Origin: Octopus sinensis | Lineage: Eukaryota | NCBI RefSeq assembly: GCF_006345805.1 | Contig: NW_021828347.1 | Location: forward strand, 1 to 8,593 | Length of the DNA stretch: 8,593 nucleotides | Reading direction: 5' to 3' | Position numbers and translations under genes: made by a program | Notes under the pieces: model-generated | The model's input: only the letters and a program-made list of their open reading frames with translations | Databases searched by the model: none | Told to the model about the DNA's origin: nothing | Shown: positions 7,317 to 8,593 of the stretch, piece by piece | Layout of the letters: each line of letters opens with the position of its first letter | How positions within the stretch are numbered: position 1 is the first letter of the stretch

Positions 7317-7465
7317 CCATCATCATCACCATCACTATCATCATCAACATCATCATCATCATCATCATCACAACCGCCGCTGCCAACGTCATCACCAATC
7401 AGTTTTCAACCAGCACCCCAACCACGACCATCACGATCATAATCATCATCATCACTATTTTCATA
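7230..7465. repeat. (CAT)n/(CAC)n trinucleotide array
   Basis: Long catcatcat runs (e.g. 7282-7314) with cac/cag variants. Confidence 0.93.
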
Positions 7466-7469
7466 ATCG

Positions 7470-8593
7470 CGACCACCACCGCTAATAACGCCGCCGCCAC
7501 CGCCACCACTACAACGACGACCAGCACCGCCACCACAACCACCACCAATACAACGACAACCACCACGACAGCCACCACCCTTACAACCAACACAACCGCT
7601 ACAACCACTACCACCACAGCTATAACCACCACAACCATCGCCACCACAACCATCGCCACTACAACCACCGCCACTACAACCACCAACACTGCTACAACGA
7701 CCACCACCACTACCATCGCCACCACAACCACCGCCACTACAACCACTAACACTGCTACAACGACCACCACCACTACCGCCACGACAACCACCGCCACTAC
7801 AACCACCACCACCACCACCACCACCGCTACAACCACCACTACCATCGCCACTACAACCACCGCCACTACAACCACCAACACTGCTAAAACGACCACCACC
7901 ACTACCGCCACCACAACCACCGCCACTACAACCACCACCACCACCACCGCTACAACCACCACTACCATCGCCACCACAACCACCGCCACTACAACCACCA
8001 ACACTGCTACAACGACCACCACCACTACCGCCACGACAACCACCGCCACTACAACCACCACCACCACCACCGCTACAACCACCACTACCATCGCCACCAC
8101 AACCACCGTCACTACAACCACCAACACCGCTACAACGACCATCACCACTACTGCCACCACAACCACCGCCACTACAACCACCACCACCACCGTTACAACC
8201 ACCACTACCATCGCCACCATAACCACGGTCACTACAACCACCAATACCGCTACAACCACCACTACATCGCCACCACAACCACCGTCACTACAACCACCAA
8301 CACCGCTACAACGACCACCACCATGGCCACGACAACCACCGCTACTACAACCACCACCACTACAACCAACACCACCATCACCACCACCACCCCAACTCTG
8401 CCACCATCACCACTACCGCAACCACTACAACCACCGTCATTATCATCGTCATCACGATCACTACCATCAACACTACTACCACTATCTCCACCGCCACCAA
8501 CCCCGTTACTACCACCAGCATGATGGTTATCATCATACCACCGCCACAACCACCACCACCACCACCACCACCACCACCACCACCACCACCACA
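7470..8593. repeat. ACC-based minisatellite with ~120-129-bp higher-order unit in 7685-8300; runs off the window end
   Basis: Marker AAC-AC(T/C)-GCT-A(C/A)A recurs at 7685, 7748, 7877, 8000, 8123, 8243 (AAT variant) and 8299; spacings 63, 129, 123, 123, 120, 56. Confidence 0.93.

Noticed and set aside
7399-8278. Minus-strand 287-aa Val-rich and 290-aa Gly/Cys-rich ORFs (could suggest a Gly-rich structural protein)
   Set aside because: Their assigned starts are GTG (8260-8262) and TTG (8276-8278), not ATG; they are the antisense of the ACC array and show no signal peptide.

Overview
Eukaryotic, repeat-dominated and apparently non-coding (intronic or intergenic) DNA. The SINE sequences look like octopus (coleoid cephalopod) families; this is recognition from memory, not a database result. 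No protein-coding gene, tRNA/rRNA gene or CRISPR array is supported, and nearly all ORFs in the supplied track are artefacts of micro/minisatellites. Supported content: (i) long (TA)/(TATG)/(TG)/(AC) and (GGT)/(ACC)/(CAT) simple-repeat tracts; (ii) a nested pair of tRNA-derived CORE-type SINEs, with a full minus-strand copy (2197-2612) inserted into the internal TA spacer of a plus-strand copy (2029-2842) whose 3' 113 bp are also tandemly duplicated; (iii) a second-family full-length tRNA-derived SINE (3553-3878, minus) with an exact 11-bp target-site duplication; (iv) a triplicated ~180-bp module (3920-4691), each copy carrying a perfect heat-shock element (TTCtaGAAtcTTC) and a CCAAT box, followed by an Inr-like motif, an ATG and a consensus GTAAGT splice donor, which is the best candidate for a functional element; (v) a ~123-bp higher-order ACC-based repeat with a long Thr-rich open frame at the right end.
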